The notes under the pieces were generated by a model. It was not told the DNA's origin and did not search any database. It was given only the letters and a program-made list of their open reading frames with translations. From Eledone cirrhosa (Eukaryota): 64,000 bases of DNA. The stretch spans positions 21,638,001 to 21,702,000 of the forward strand of contig OZ024766.1 of NCBI GenBank assembly GCA_964016885.1, in the 5' to 3' direction. Positions within the stretch are counted from its first letter, which is position 1. Every line of letters begins with the position of its first letter. The position numbers and the translations under genes are program-made. This document shows, piece after piece, positions 45,869-58,200 of the stretch.

Positions 45869-46093
45869 TTAACCCTTTAGCATTCACACTACTCTATATA
45901 TACTATCATGTTTGTGGTAAAGGCTTTATTTTATAATTCTCTCACTTAATATCGAATCTATGAGATTTTGATATTATTTATTCTGAGAACAATACCTTAA
46001 CATCAGTATGAGTGGCCAGTTGCAGCTGGTTTGAACAGAAAAAGGTGAGAGAATTCCAGCCGGATTTGGCCGGTTTAAATGCTAAAGGGTTAA
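45869..46093. mobile_element. TTAA-flanked (piggyBac-like) MITE, 217-bp monomeric copy
   Basis: TTAA-CCCTTTAGCATT (45873)...AATGCTAAAGGG (46089)-TTAA perfect TIR. Confidence 0.85.
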
Positions 46094-46923
46094 GGGACAA
46101 AATTTCGTATAAATTTAGGGAATTCCTACATTAGCAACTTTTAAAATATTTTTGTGGGTTAAATATCATTTTTAAATTCCCACAATTCTCGGTAAATATT
46201 TTTTGGTGGCTGATGATGCTGAAGATGTGGCAATCATATTGAAAAATAAAAAAATTTAAGGGACAAAATTGAATATAAATTTAGGGTCTCCTAATATCTG
46301 ACTTGAAATATTTTTTGTGGGTAAAATATAATTTAAAAATTCCCACAATTCTTGGCAAATAATTTGTGGTTGATGATGATGGAGCAACCATACTGAAATG
46401 AAAAAATTTAAGGGACAAAATTTAATATAAATTTAGGGTTTTCTACATCAGTGACTTTTAAAATATTTTTGTGGGTAAAATATAATTTAAAAATTCCCAC
46501 AATTCTTGGCAAATAATTTTTGGTTGATGATGATGGAGCAACCAAACTGAAAATGAAAAAAAATTTAAGGGACAAAGTTTAATAGTGTTTTTTTTTGTTT
46601 TTTTTTGTCCAAAATTTAAATTTAAGGGTCTAAAAATTGACATAGTGGGGTTTTTTGTCCAAAATTTAAATTTAAGGGTCTAAAAATTGACATAGTGGGT
46701 TTTTTTTTTCACTCTGCTGTCAATTAAAAAAAAAAAAAATGTTATTTCATTCAGGGGGTCATTTTAAAAACCCTTTAAATTATTTTTTATGATGATGATG
46801 ATGATAAACCATCAATTTAAGGAATGTTAAGGGGCAAAGTTTAATATAAATATTTTAAGCGGGTTTCCACTACCCCCTCCAAAAAAAAAATCTAGGGGTC
46901 ATTTTTTTAATTTATTTAAAAAA

Positions 46924-46962
<39 letters not shown>

Positions 46963-47820
46963 ATTATTTTTTTAATTTTTTTTTAGTTAATTTCAAAATT
47001 CCCAGGGTTCTTAGCGAATATTTTGGTCATGATGATGATGGCTTGAGGAAAGGAAATTAAAAGGGGTTTAATTATTAAATTAAAGGTAGGGGGACTTCCC
47101 TATGTTAATCAAACAATAATGCCTTGAATTTTTACGTTTTTTTTTTTTTTTTGGCCCCCGAACCTGTATTCTGTAAAGTGTTGATGTTTGGTTGGTTTTG
47201 GCCCCGAAACTTGAATATGGTAATATCTTAAATTTTTACTCTGGGCCCCAAGACCTGAATACTGTAATGTCTTGATTTTGGTTTTGGCCCCAAAATTTGA
47301 ATATGGTAATGACTTGAAATTTTTTTTTTTTGTCTGGCCCTGAGACCTGTATACTGTAATATGTTGACTTTTGGCTCTTGCCCCCCTGAAACGTGTATAT
47401 TATAATTTCTTGATTTTTTTGTTCTGGTCCTGAGACCTGAATACTGCAATGTTTTGATCTTGAATTCTGTTTGCTCTGGCCCCAAGACCTGTATACAGTA
47501 ATGTCTTGATTTTTTTTTTGTTCTGGCACCAAGATCTGTATACTATAATGTGTTGATTTTTGGTTCTGGCCCTGAGACCTGAATACTGTAAATGTCTTGA
47601 ATTCTTTTATGTTCTGGCCCTGAAACCTGAATATGTAAGGTAAAGATTTTATTTTATTTTTTTTTTTAATTTTGTATTTTGGGTTATTTTAAGTACATTA
47701 CTTTTTTTTCTGTTGGCCCTGAAATGTGAATATGTAATATTTTGACATTTTCTTTTCTTTTTCTCGTAATATCCTAGAAGATTTTCTTAATTTTTTTTAG
47801 GGGCATCCTGGCCCTGTAAC
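46093..47820. repeat. Degenerate ~150-bp (46093-46600) and ~42-bp (47150-47820) tandem repeats
   Basis: Recurrent AATTTAAGGGACAAAATT/TTCCCACAATTCT and CTGGCCCTGAGACCTGAATACTGTAAT motifs. Confidence 0.7.
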
Positions 47821-47840
47821 ATGAATATATAGTATATTAC

Positions 47841-47879
<39 letters not shown>

Positions 47880-48021
47880 ATATATGTGTATATACTACAA
47901 ATATGGTTGGCTAAATGCCTTGAAAGCTGTGCTCTAACATGGCCACAGTCTAACTAAAACAAAGACTCGAAAAGTACTAAAAGAAATATATATATATATA
48001 AATATATATACACATATATAT

Positions 48022-48074
<53 letters not shown>

Positions 48075-48362
48075 TAAATATATATATATATATACACACA
48101 CACACATAAATATATATATATATACACACACACATATATATATATATACACACATAAATATATATATATATATATACACACATAAATATATATATATATA
48201 TACACACATAAATATATATATATATACACACACACACATATAAAGATATATATATATAGACACACACATAAATATATATATATACACACACACATAAATA
48301 TATATATATACACACACACATAAATATATATATATACACACACACACATAAATATATTTTTC

Positions 48363-49700
48363 TTTGCCGTGGCACCTCCACGACCACTTTACAGTGAGTG
48401 CTGGGTGCTTTTTTGCCATGGCACCTCCACGACCACTTTACAGTGAGTGCTGGGAGCTTTTTTTTTGCCGTCGCACCTCCACGACCACTTTACAGTGAGT
48501 CCTGGGACCTTTTTTTTGCCGTGGCACCTCCACGACCCCTTTACAGTGAGGGCTGGGAGCTTTTTTTTTGCCGTGGCACCTCCACGACCACTTTACAGTG
48601 AGTGCTGGGTGCTTTTTTGCCATGGCACCTCCACGACCACTTTACAGTGAGTGCTGGGTGCTTTTTTGCCGTGGCACCTCCACGACCACTTTACAGTGAG
48701 TGCTGGGAGCTTTTTTTTTGCCGTGGCACCTCCACGACCACTTTACAGTGAGTGCTGGGAGCTTTTTCTTTGCCGTGGCACCTCCACGACCACTTTACAG
48801 TGAGTGCTGGGAGCTTTTTTTTTGCCGTGGCACCTCCACGACCACTTTACAGTGAGTCCTGGGAGCTTTTTTTTTGCCGTGGCACCTCCACGACCCCTTT
48901 ACAGTGAGTGCTGGGTGCTTTTTCTTTGCCGTGGCACCTCCACGACCACTTTACAGTGAGTCCTGGGACCTTTTTTTTTGCCGTGGCACCTCCACGACCA
49001 CTTTACAGTGAGTCCTGGGACCTTTTTTTTTGCCGTGGCACCTCCACGACCACTTTACAGTGAGTGCTGGGAGCTTTTTTTTTGCCGTGGCACCTCCACG
49101 ACCACTTTACAGTGAGTCCTGGGACCTTTTTTTTTGCCGTGGCACCTCCACGACCCCTTTACAGTGAGTGCTGGGAGCTTTTTCTTTGCCGTGGCACCTC
49201 CACGACCACTTTACAGTGAGTGCTGGGAGCTTTTTCTTTGCCGTGGCACCTCCACGACCACCTTACAGTGAGTGCTGGGAGCTTTTTTGCCGTGGCACCT
49301 CCACGACCACTTTACAGTGAGTGCTGGGAGCTTTTTCTTTGCCGTGGCACCTCCACGACCACTTTACAGTGAGTGCTGGGAGCTTTTTTGCCGTGGCACC
49401 TCCACGACCACTTTACAGTGAGTGCTGGGTGCTTTTTTGCTGTGGCACCTCCACGTCCACTTTACAGTGAGTGCTGGGTGCTTTTTTGCCGTGGCACCTC
49501 CACGACCACTTTACAGTGAGTGCTGGGTGCTTTTTTGCTGTGGCACCTCCACGTCCACTTTACAGTGAGTGCTGGGTGCTTTTTTGCCGTGGCACCTCCA
49601 CGACCACTTTACAGTGAGTGCTGGGTGCTTTTTTTTTTGCCGTGGCACCTCCACGACCCCTTTACAGTGAGGGCTGGGTGCTTTTTTCCCGTGGCACCTC
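48363..49700 (-). repeat. ~49-51-bp SINE-core minisatellite (~27 copies) abutting the ZNF start codon
   Basis: TGCCGTGGCACCTCCACGACCACTTTACAGTGAGTGCTGGG.GCTTTTT units; reverse complement of 14158-14670 units. Confidence 0.93.
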
Positions 49701-49721
49701 TATAAAAATACATACATTGAA

Positions 49722-52700
49722 ATGGATTCCCTGACTACGAGCACAGCACCTGGCATTGAATGCGCCCCGGGCGGCCCATTGTCGTCGAGGGCTCGACAGT
49801 TCAAGTGCCAGTACTGTGGGAAGGACTTTGACCGGTACAGCCACCTGGCGAGGCATCTGAAGATTCACACGGGGCTCCGGCCCTTCGAGTGCAAGTACTG
49901 CCAGAAGGCGTTCTCCCGCTCTGACAACCTCATCAAGCACGTCCGCATCCACACGGGCGACAAGCGCTACGGCTGCGAGTTCTGCCTGAAGCGCTTCACC
50001 GACTCGAGCAACCTCGGCAAGCACCTGCGCACCCACGCAGGTCGCGGCGGGGGCGGCGGCGGGGGCCAGCGCTACACCTGCACGCTGTGCTCGAGGACGT
50101 TCCGCAAGTCGGACACGCTGCGTCGGCACCTCTCCACGCACGGCGGCGGCGGCGGCGTCGTCCCCTCGGAGGGCGGCGGCGGCGGCGGCGGCGGCGGGGG
50201 TGTCAGCGGTTGCGGCGGTGGGGGTGGTGGCGACAATGGTGGCAGCAGCGGCGGCTGCGACGGCGGTGGCGGTGATATTGACGATGGCGGTGGTGGTGGC
50301 GGCGGCGTCGCGTTTCGGGACAGCGTTTCTGTTGGAGGCGGGGGAGCTCACAGCCAACAGCGCCACCACCGCCTCCAGCAGCAGCAGCAGCACCACCTGC
50401 AACAACAACAACAAGAACAACGGCGGCGCGGCGTCGGCGTCGCAAACGCCAAATGCAGCAGCAGCAGCAGCAGCAGGCGACGCAGCTCCTCCGCGTCGCT
50501 GCTGTCGCTCAGCGACGCGGCCAACGTCGCCGCGGTGGCGCAGAAGTGCAGCGAGATGCAGAAGATCCTGCGCATCATCAACGAGGAGAAGTCACTGAAA
50601 TGCCCCGCCTCCTCCGCCGCTGGCTCCCCCTCCGCCGCCTCCACCAACACAACAACAACAACAGCAGCAGCAGCGACGGCAACGGGTGCAGATCTGCACC
50701 CCGCGCGGCTGCTGCTGCTGTCGCGGCGGCTGCAGTCGCCGAGCGGGTCGGAGACGAGCGCAGCAGTCGGCGGCGGAGCTGGCGCGCCCCTCGGCCCTCT
50801 CGTCGTCGGCGGACCTTCAAATGCGAGAAAGTCTACGTTTTCAGGGAACCCCCCCTCATCCTCCTCCTCCTCCTCCCGCTCCCCGCGCTGGCGGCCGGGT
50901 AACGGAGCCGACGACGTGAAGTTCACGCCCGATGTGGCGCTTGCGTCCCCGGCCTTGATGGATGTCTTCAACAGGGCCGACTTCATCGTTAAACGCCTGT
51001 CACGGATGACTGACATCGACCCGGTCGCCATTACTAACAACAGTAGCAATAACAGTATTAGTAGAAGTAGTAGTAGTAGTATTAGTAGCGGTAGTGGTAG
51101 TAGTAGTGGGATCAAAGCAAAGCGGAATAGAGCGAGGTCACTGAATCGTAGCGATATCAACCTCAATCGTGTTTTTCCTTATTCATCATCTGAGCCCTTA
51201 ACTGCTCAGATCGGCCTTAAAAGTTCTGCCGGTCCGTCAGGCGCTGCATTGGGTCACTCTGTCGGCGGGGGATCTCATCGCGTCGACACGCACAGCGCCG
51301 CTCAGTTCCCGGTGGCCTTCCAGTGCAGCTACTGCTTGATGCAGTTTTTCTCGAGGACCTCGCTGGAAATGCACATACGCGGACATCTGGAAGACTTTGG
51401 TGAGGGAGACGTGTCCCAGCTCCTCGTAGGTAGACAGTTTGAAGAGAGCAACAACGAGGAGGATTTGTCGAGCATCGGTACCAAAGAGGGGCGACGATTG
51501 GGAGTTGATGACGGAACTTTGCAGGCTTCTTACATAAATGGGGGCTTGGAAACTGTGGGTGAGGACTTTCCAAAGGTTCTTATTAAGAGAGAATTTCAAA
51601 AATGTGGTAGCGTGACTGTTGACAGTACTCAATCTTCAGCTATTGGAGCAAAAACAAACTTTAAAGATCTCAACGCAGTAGAGGGCTCTGTGGGAGTCCC
51701 GTACAAATGTCACTATTGTGAGGCGATATTCACAAGAGCCCTAGCATTAGCAGAACACCTTAAAAGCCACGTTAGGCGTCGGCTTGAGTGTAGGAACTGC
51801 AAGGTTTCTTTCAACTCTAGTGTGCAGTTGTCCAGACACCGGAGACTGTGTCCAGTCCAGCACCGAGACAAGATAGATATGGAACAGCGAAGGGTTTTAT
51901 CTGCGAGGCTGCTCGGTGGGAGGCCATTTCTGGACCCTCAACCAATCACGATACAGAAAAGTAACGACGACTCAACTCCCCATTACCAGCTTTCGTCGGC
52001 GCTAGACAACGACGTCGTCCGACAGCGGCGTCTTTCGTCGACGAGACTTCTCGGAGGCCGACCGCTGCTCAGTTCCCATTTAACGTCGACACGCGGAAGT
52101 AGCGATGAATCAGCACGCACTCATCAGCTGCTGCCAGGGATCGGAAGTTCCGCCCCCTCGGAAATGGACGAAGTGTCGTCGACGCTGAAAATCAAACAGG
52201 AGGTAATGTCGTCCGATAGTGACGCCGAGGATAACAACAAAGTCGTTGCCGATGGCAACAAGAACGACATCGGAAACTCAGAGTACTCAATACTGTTGCG
52301 AAACTGTCCGTCAGAGCTCAACGGTGTTCTGGGAAGTACAGAGTACTTGACAAACCTTCTGCATCAAACTGACTCCACGGACACTCTAAATATGTTTGGT
52401 AAAGCAAGGAAGAGGAGATATCAACAAGGAAACACGTGTATTACCTCTGATGATGTTGTTGGTTCAGCGGCTGGTTATTCTGCCAGTGGTGGTGGTGGTG
52501 GCGTCCATATTGCTGCCCCATCCTCTGACGCCATCTACAAGCCAGAAGAGGAAGATGCGGGGAGGAGCGAATCCACTGCCGGCCCAGACGGCTCGGTGGA
52601 TGCCATCGTTGCCAAAATTCTCAACAACATCGCGAAAGCGTCCGGACACAATCCCCACCTCCAACACATCAAACAGGAAGTAAAGGAGGAGAACGAGGCA

Positions 52701-53429
52701 GAAGAGCAGATATGGGGAGAAGGGGTGGACGATGGTGGAGAACCAATCGGTCTATCGACAGGTAAACCCTTTGAGAATTTCACCCCTCTGGGACAGATTT
52801 CTTCGGATCAGCACCTGCAGGCGAAAATCTTCATCAAGAAGAGTTCAACTTCTCCGAACAACAATAATAATAATATTGTTGGACAATATGAGCCCTTGGT
52901 GTACGAGGGTGTTGTCCTGAAGACGGAAAAATTGTTTGATTCTGTGATTGATGGCAGTGGTGGAGGAGATGATGGTGGTGGAGTTGGCGGAGGTGGTGGT
53001 GATAAAACAAAGTGTTTCGGTTCTCTAAGCTGTCCAGAACGTTCCGGTAGGTTTTCGGCCATCAACGAACAACAGCGACCGCAATATCAACAGCAACAAC
53101 AACAACTACAGCAACAGCGACAGCCGCCGTCATCTCTGTCAAGTCCACCGTCTTCACCGAAATCGCGACAAGTCTTGAAAAGAAAGCCAACCATGGCCGT
53201 GGCGAAGAAGGCGATTACGCAGGCACCACCTGATTGTCTGGCTGGCCACGAGGACCCGAGATGGAGCTCATTGTCACCATCATATACTCATGCCGACCAC
53301 CCTGCTGTAGAACTCAACAGGGGAGACAACTGGTACGACAGAAAGCGTGCGAAGGTGTCAGACGGCGACGGACCCCAAGATATCGAAATCCTCCGTCCCA
53401 AATTTACGACAACCGTCCTTGCTACTACA

Positions 53430-53468
<39 letters not shown>

Positions 53469-55182
53469 GCTACTGCTACTATTAAAGTTATTAAATGCGA
53501 TAATGCTAGTGATGATGATGATGGTTATTATAATAATTATCATCGTAGCTTTACTTGTAGTAGTAGTAGTAGTAGTAATATTAAGAGTAGTAGTAGTGGT
53601 GGTGGTGGTGGTAGTAGTAGTAGTACACTTGCAGTTTCTATTTGCCCTATAACTAATACTACTATTACTACTGCTACTACTACTACTGCTGCTGCTGCTA
53701 CTGCCTCTATGTCTTATACTCCCACTACCACCTCTGCTACTACCTCTGTAAGCTCTAACGCTCCTGCCACCTCTACGAGCTCTACTGCCGCCGTCGCCGC
53801 CCCCCCTGTGGTGGAGAGAGTCGAAGGAGGAGGGGGAGGAGAGAAGGAAAGGGAGAGAGGAGAGTATGGTGGTGGTGGTGGTGGTGTGAGGAGGGAAAGA
53901 TTCGCTGTTGCAGACTCTCCCGTCTCACAGTTCGCATCTTCAGAGGATCTGGCGCGACACCTGAAGATGCGGCATGCACGTTGCACCAGCAGTACTGTCA
54001 CTGCACAACAGCGCCGCACCGCCGCCGCCGCCGCCGCCGCACAACAGCGCCACACGTGTACAGCGTGCGGTAAGTCGTTCACGAAGGCGACGCAGCTCAG
54101 CCGACACCTGAAGATCCACGCGGGCGTGAAGCCGTTCCGGTGCGCCTACTGCGGCCGCGCGTTCTCGCGCTCCGACAACCTGGTGAAGCACGTGCGCATT
54201 CACACGGGCGACAAGCGCTACGCGTGCACCGTCTGCACGAAACGCTTCACCGACTCGAGCAACCTGACCAAGCACCTGCGAACGCACGCCCGCGCTGCAG
54301 CTGTGATGGTCGACGCGATTAAAAAGTGCCGTGGCGACAGCGGTGCAGACGTCGCTGCAACTGGCAACGAGGGTGGAGTGCATCGTGGTGGTGGTGGTGC
54401 AGATATTGCTGCAACTGGCAAGGAAGGTGGAGTGCATCGTGGTGGTGGTGCAGATATTGCTGCAACTGGCAATAAAGGTGGAGTGCATCGTGGCGGTGCA
54501 GAAAGGGCTGCGACTGGCAAGCAAGGTGGGGTGCACCGTGGCGGTGGTGTTGCAGAAATCACTGCGACTGGCAAGCAAGGTGCGGTGCATCGTGGTGGTG
54601 GTGGTGTTGTTGCAGATGTTGTCGCTGCAACTGGCAACAGAAGAGTAGTGGTGGGAGATGACTGCAGCGGCGGTGGTGGTGCAGTTATTGCTGCAGCCAG
54701 CAACCGAAGGGGGGGCGGCGGAGGCGATGGCTGCACGGACACCGCAGCTGCAACTGGCAACAGTGGAGATGACTTTAGGGAATTGCACCGTTGTGATGGC
54801 AGCGATGATGATGCTGTTATCACTGCTGCTGCTACTGCTACTACTGCTGCTGCTGCTGCTTCTACTGCTGCTGCTACTACTACTGCTGCTGCTACTACTA
54901 CTGCTGCTACTACTACTGCTACTGCTGCTGCTACTACTGCTGCTGCTGCTACTACTACTGCTGCTGCTGCTACTACTGCTGCTGCTGCTACTACTACTGC
55001 TGCTGCTGCTACTACTGCTGCTGCTGCTACTACTACTGCTGCTGCTACTACTACTGCTGCTGCTGCTACTACTGCTGCTGCTGCTACTACCACTACTGAT
55101 GATGCTTCTCATAATGGAAGTACTACTACCACTACTACTACTCCTGTTGCTACTACTACTACTACTACTGCTGCTACTACTA

Positions 55183-55214
<32 letters not shown>

Positions 55215-58200
55215 ACTACTACTACTGCTATGAAGTTACAGTCATCATCATCATCGTCGTCATCGTCGCTAATGTCATCTCTTTCGTCATTGCTTTCATC
55301 GCCGCCTCTGTCGTTGCAGGCCCCCGTCGCCAGGGTTACGGCGCTCGGGCCGGCCGCCCTGCTGCAGCGCTTCACGCGGCAGCTGCGCGACAAGCTGCAC
55401 CGGTGCCGGGCGTGCGCCAAGGTGTTCCTGGACGAGTGCACGCTCGCCGGCCACGACTGCCTGCCGCGCCGCGGCGCCTCGCAGCCCTCCTCCAGCGGCG
55501 GCGGCGGCGCCGCTGAGGCCGCCACACCGCCGGAGCCGCCGGGCGGGGAAATGGAGGCGGAGGTGGACGAGGGAGTGGGGGAGGCTGCAGCGAAGGAGCA
55601 ACGGGAAGAGGAAAAGATGGACACCAAACAGGAAGAGGGAGGGTGTGAGGAAGAAGAAGAGGAAGAACGAAAGAAGGAAGAGGAGGTGCCGTGGGCTGGC
55701 TTGCCGGAGGGTGGGAGGTCACCCTTCCTACAGCAGTCGGAGAGCACGGGGGCACCGGCTTCCTTCGTCAGCGGGTCCGGAGACGAGGGTTCCCAGCCTG
55801 TCGTAGAGGACAGCCCTTATCCTCTCTCTGGGTGTCGGTCTATAGCCGCGTGTGGCCCCAGATCTGGGACTCTGTCAGGGGGAGACTCGGTGTCACTGTG
55901 TGGCCTCGGGTCAGGAACCTTGTCGGGATGTGGCCCCAGTTCTGGGACTCTGTCAGGGGGAGACTCGGTGTCACTGTGTGGCCTCGGGTCAGGAACGTTG
56001 TCGGGGTGTGGCCCCAGTTCTGGGACTCTGTCAGGGGGAGACTCAGTGTCACTGTGTGGCCTCGGGTCAGGAACCTTGTCGGGGTGTGGCCCCAGTTCTG
56101 GGACTCTGTCAGGGGGAGACTCGGTGTCACTGTGTGGCCTCGGGTCAGGGACCTTGTCGGGGTGTGGCCCCAGTTCTGGGACTTTGTCACAGTGTGTCTC
56201 TGAGCTCGCGTCTGGCTCCGGATCTGCTTCTGTCGCCAAGCGCGACCGTGAGTCGGGGAATTTTTCAGGGAGTGTCTCTGTTGTCGTGCGCGGTCCTCAA
56301 TCTATCTCTGATGATGATGATGATAATAGTAATGTTGATAATGATGGTATCGATAGTAACAAATTGACTGAGAGAGTTTCCAACGGCAACCGGTTGACCG
56401 ACGCTACTTCCAAGGGAGGCAACTTGTCCGTTGCCGGGGGCTTGACCAATGCTGCCTCACACAGTAACGGCTCAAATCTGACCAAAGCTGGCTCAAACTT
56501 GACCAATGCTGACTCACACAACAATGGCTCAAATTTGACTAAAGCTGGCTCAAACTTGACCAATGCTGACTCACACAACAACGGCTCAAATCTGACCAAA
56601 GCTGGCTCAAACTTGACCAATGCTGACTCACACAACAATGGCTCAAATCTGACCAAAGCTGGCTCAAACTTGACCAATGCTGACTCACACAACAATGGCT
56701 CACATTTGACTAAAGCTGGCTCAAACTTGACCAATGCGGCCTCACACAGTAACGGCTCAAATTTGACCAATGGTTTGAACTCAAACAACATCTCTGATGG
56801 TCAAGACTCAAGCTTGACCTCACACAGTAACGGCTCAAGTTCGACCAATAGTTTGAGCTTAAACAATATCTCTGATGGTCAAAGCTCAAATTTGACCACT
56901 ACTTCTGACACCAATGGTTTGAACCTAAAAACTATTGTCTCTGATGGTCAAGAATCAAGTTTGACCTCACACTGGAGCGGCTCAAGCTTGACCAACAGTT
57001 TGAACTCAAACAATATCCTTGATGGTCAAGACTCAATCTTGACCAATGGTTTGAAGTTAAATACAATCTTGACCGATATTACTTCTGACACAAATAGTCT
57101 GAACCTAAATAGTATTGTCTCCAATGGTCAAGATCCAGACTTGACCACTACTTCTGACACCAACGATTTGAACTCAAACAATATCTCTGATGGTCAAGAC
57201 TCAAGCTTGACCTCGCTCAGTAACGACTCAAATTTGACCAAAGTTTTAAAGTCAAACAATATCTCTGATGGTCAAGACTCAAGCTTGACTTTGCTCAGTA
57301 ACGACTCAAATTTGACCAAAGTTTTAAAGTCAAACAATATCTCTGATGGTCAAGACTCAAGCTTGACCTTGCTCAGTAACGACTCAAATTTGACCAAAGT
57401 TTTAAACTCAAATAATATCTCTGATGGTCAAGACCCAAGCTTGACCTCACTCAGTAACGACTCAAATTTGACCAATGGTTTAAACTCAAATATCTCTGAT
57501 GGTCAAGACTCAAGCATGACCTCACACAGTAACGGCTCAAATTTGACCAATGGTTTGAGCTTAAACAATATCTCTGATGATCAAGACCCAAGCTTGACCT
57601 CACTCAATAACGACTCAAATTTGACCAGTGGGTTAAACTCAAACAATAATATCTCTGATGATCAAAACTCAAGTATGACCTCACACAGTAACGGCTCAAA
57701 TTTGACCAATGGTTTGAGCTTAAACAATGATATCTCTGATGGTCAAGACTCAAGCTTGACCTCGCTGCTCAGTAACGGCTCAAATTTGACCAATGGTTTG
57801 AGCTTAAACAATGATATATCTGATGGTCAAGACTCAAGCTTGACCTCGCTCAGTAACGACTCAAATTTGACCAATGGTTTAAACTCAAATATCTCTGATG
57901 GTCAAGACTCAAGCATGACCTCACACAGTAACGGCTCAAATTTGACCAATGGTTTGAGCTTAAACAATATCTCTGATGATCAAGACCCAAGCTTGACCTC
58001 ACTCAATAACGACTCAAATTTGACCAGTGGGTTAAACTCAAACAATAATATCTCTGATGATCAAAACTCAAGTATGACCTCACACAGTAACGGCTCAAAT
58101 TTGACCAATGGTTTGAGCTTAAACAATAATATCTCTGATGGTCAAGACTCAAGCTTGACCTCGCTGCTCAGTAACGGCTCAAATTTGACCAATGGTTTGA

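Noticed and set aside
49701-49707. TATAAAA as ZNF TATA box
   Set aside because: Too close to the ATG; the implied start site would fall inside the CDS.
53901-53975. Additional zinc finger FAVADSPVSQFASSEDLARHLKMRH
   Set aside because: Has the F/L/H-x4-H half but no cysteine pair; counted only as a degenerate remnant.
54820-55230. Antifreeze glycoprotein-like Ala/Thr tract
   Set aside because: No strict Ala-Ala-Thr periodicity, no signal peptide, and it lies inside a zinc-finger protein; a simple GCT/ACT expansion.
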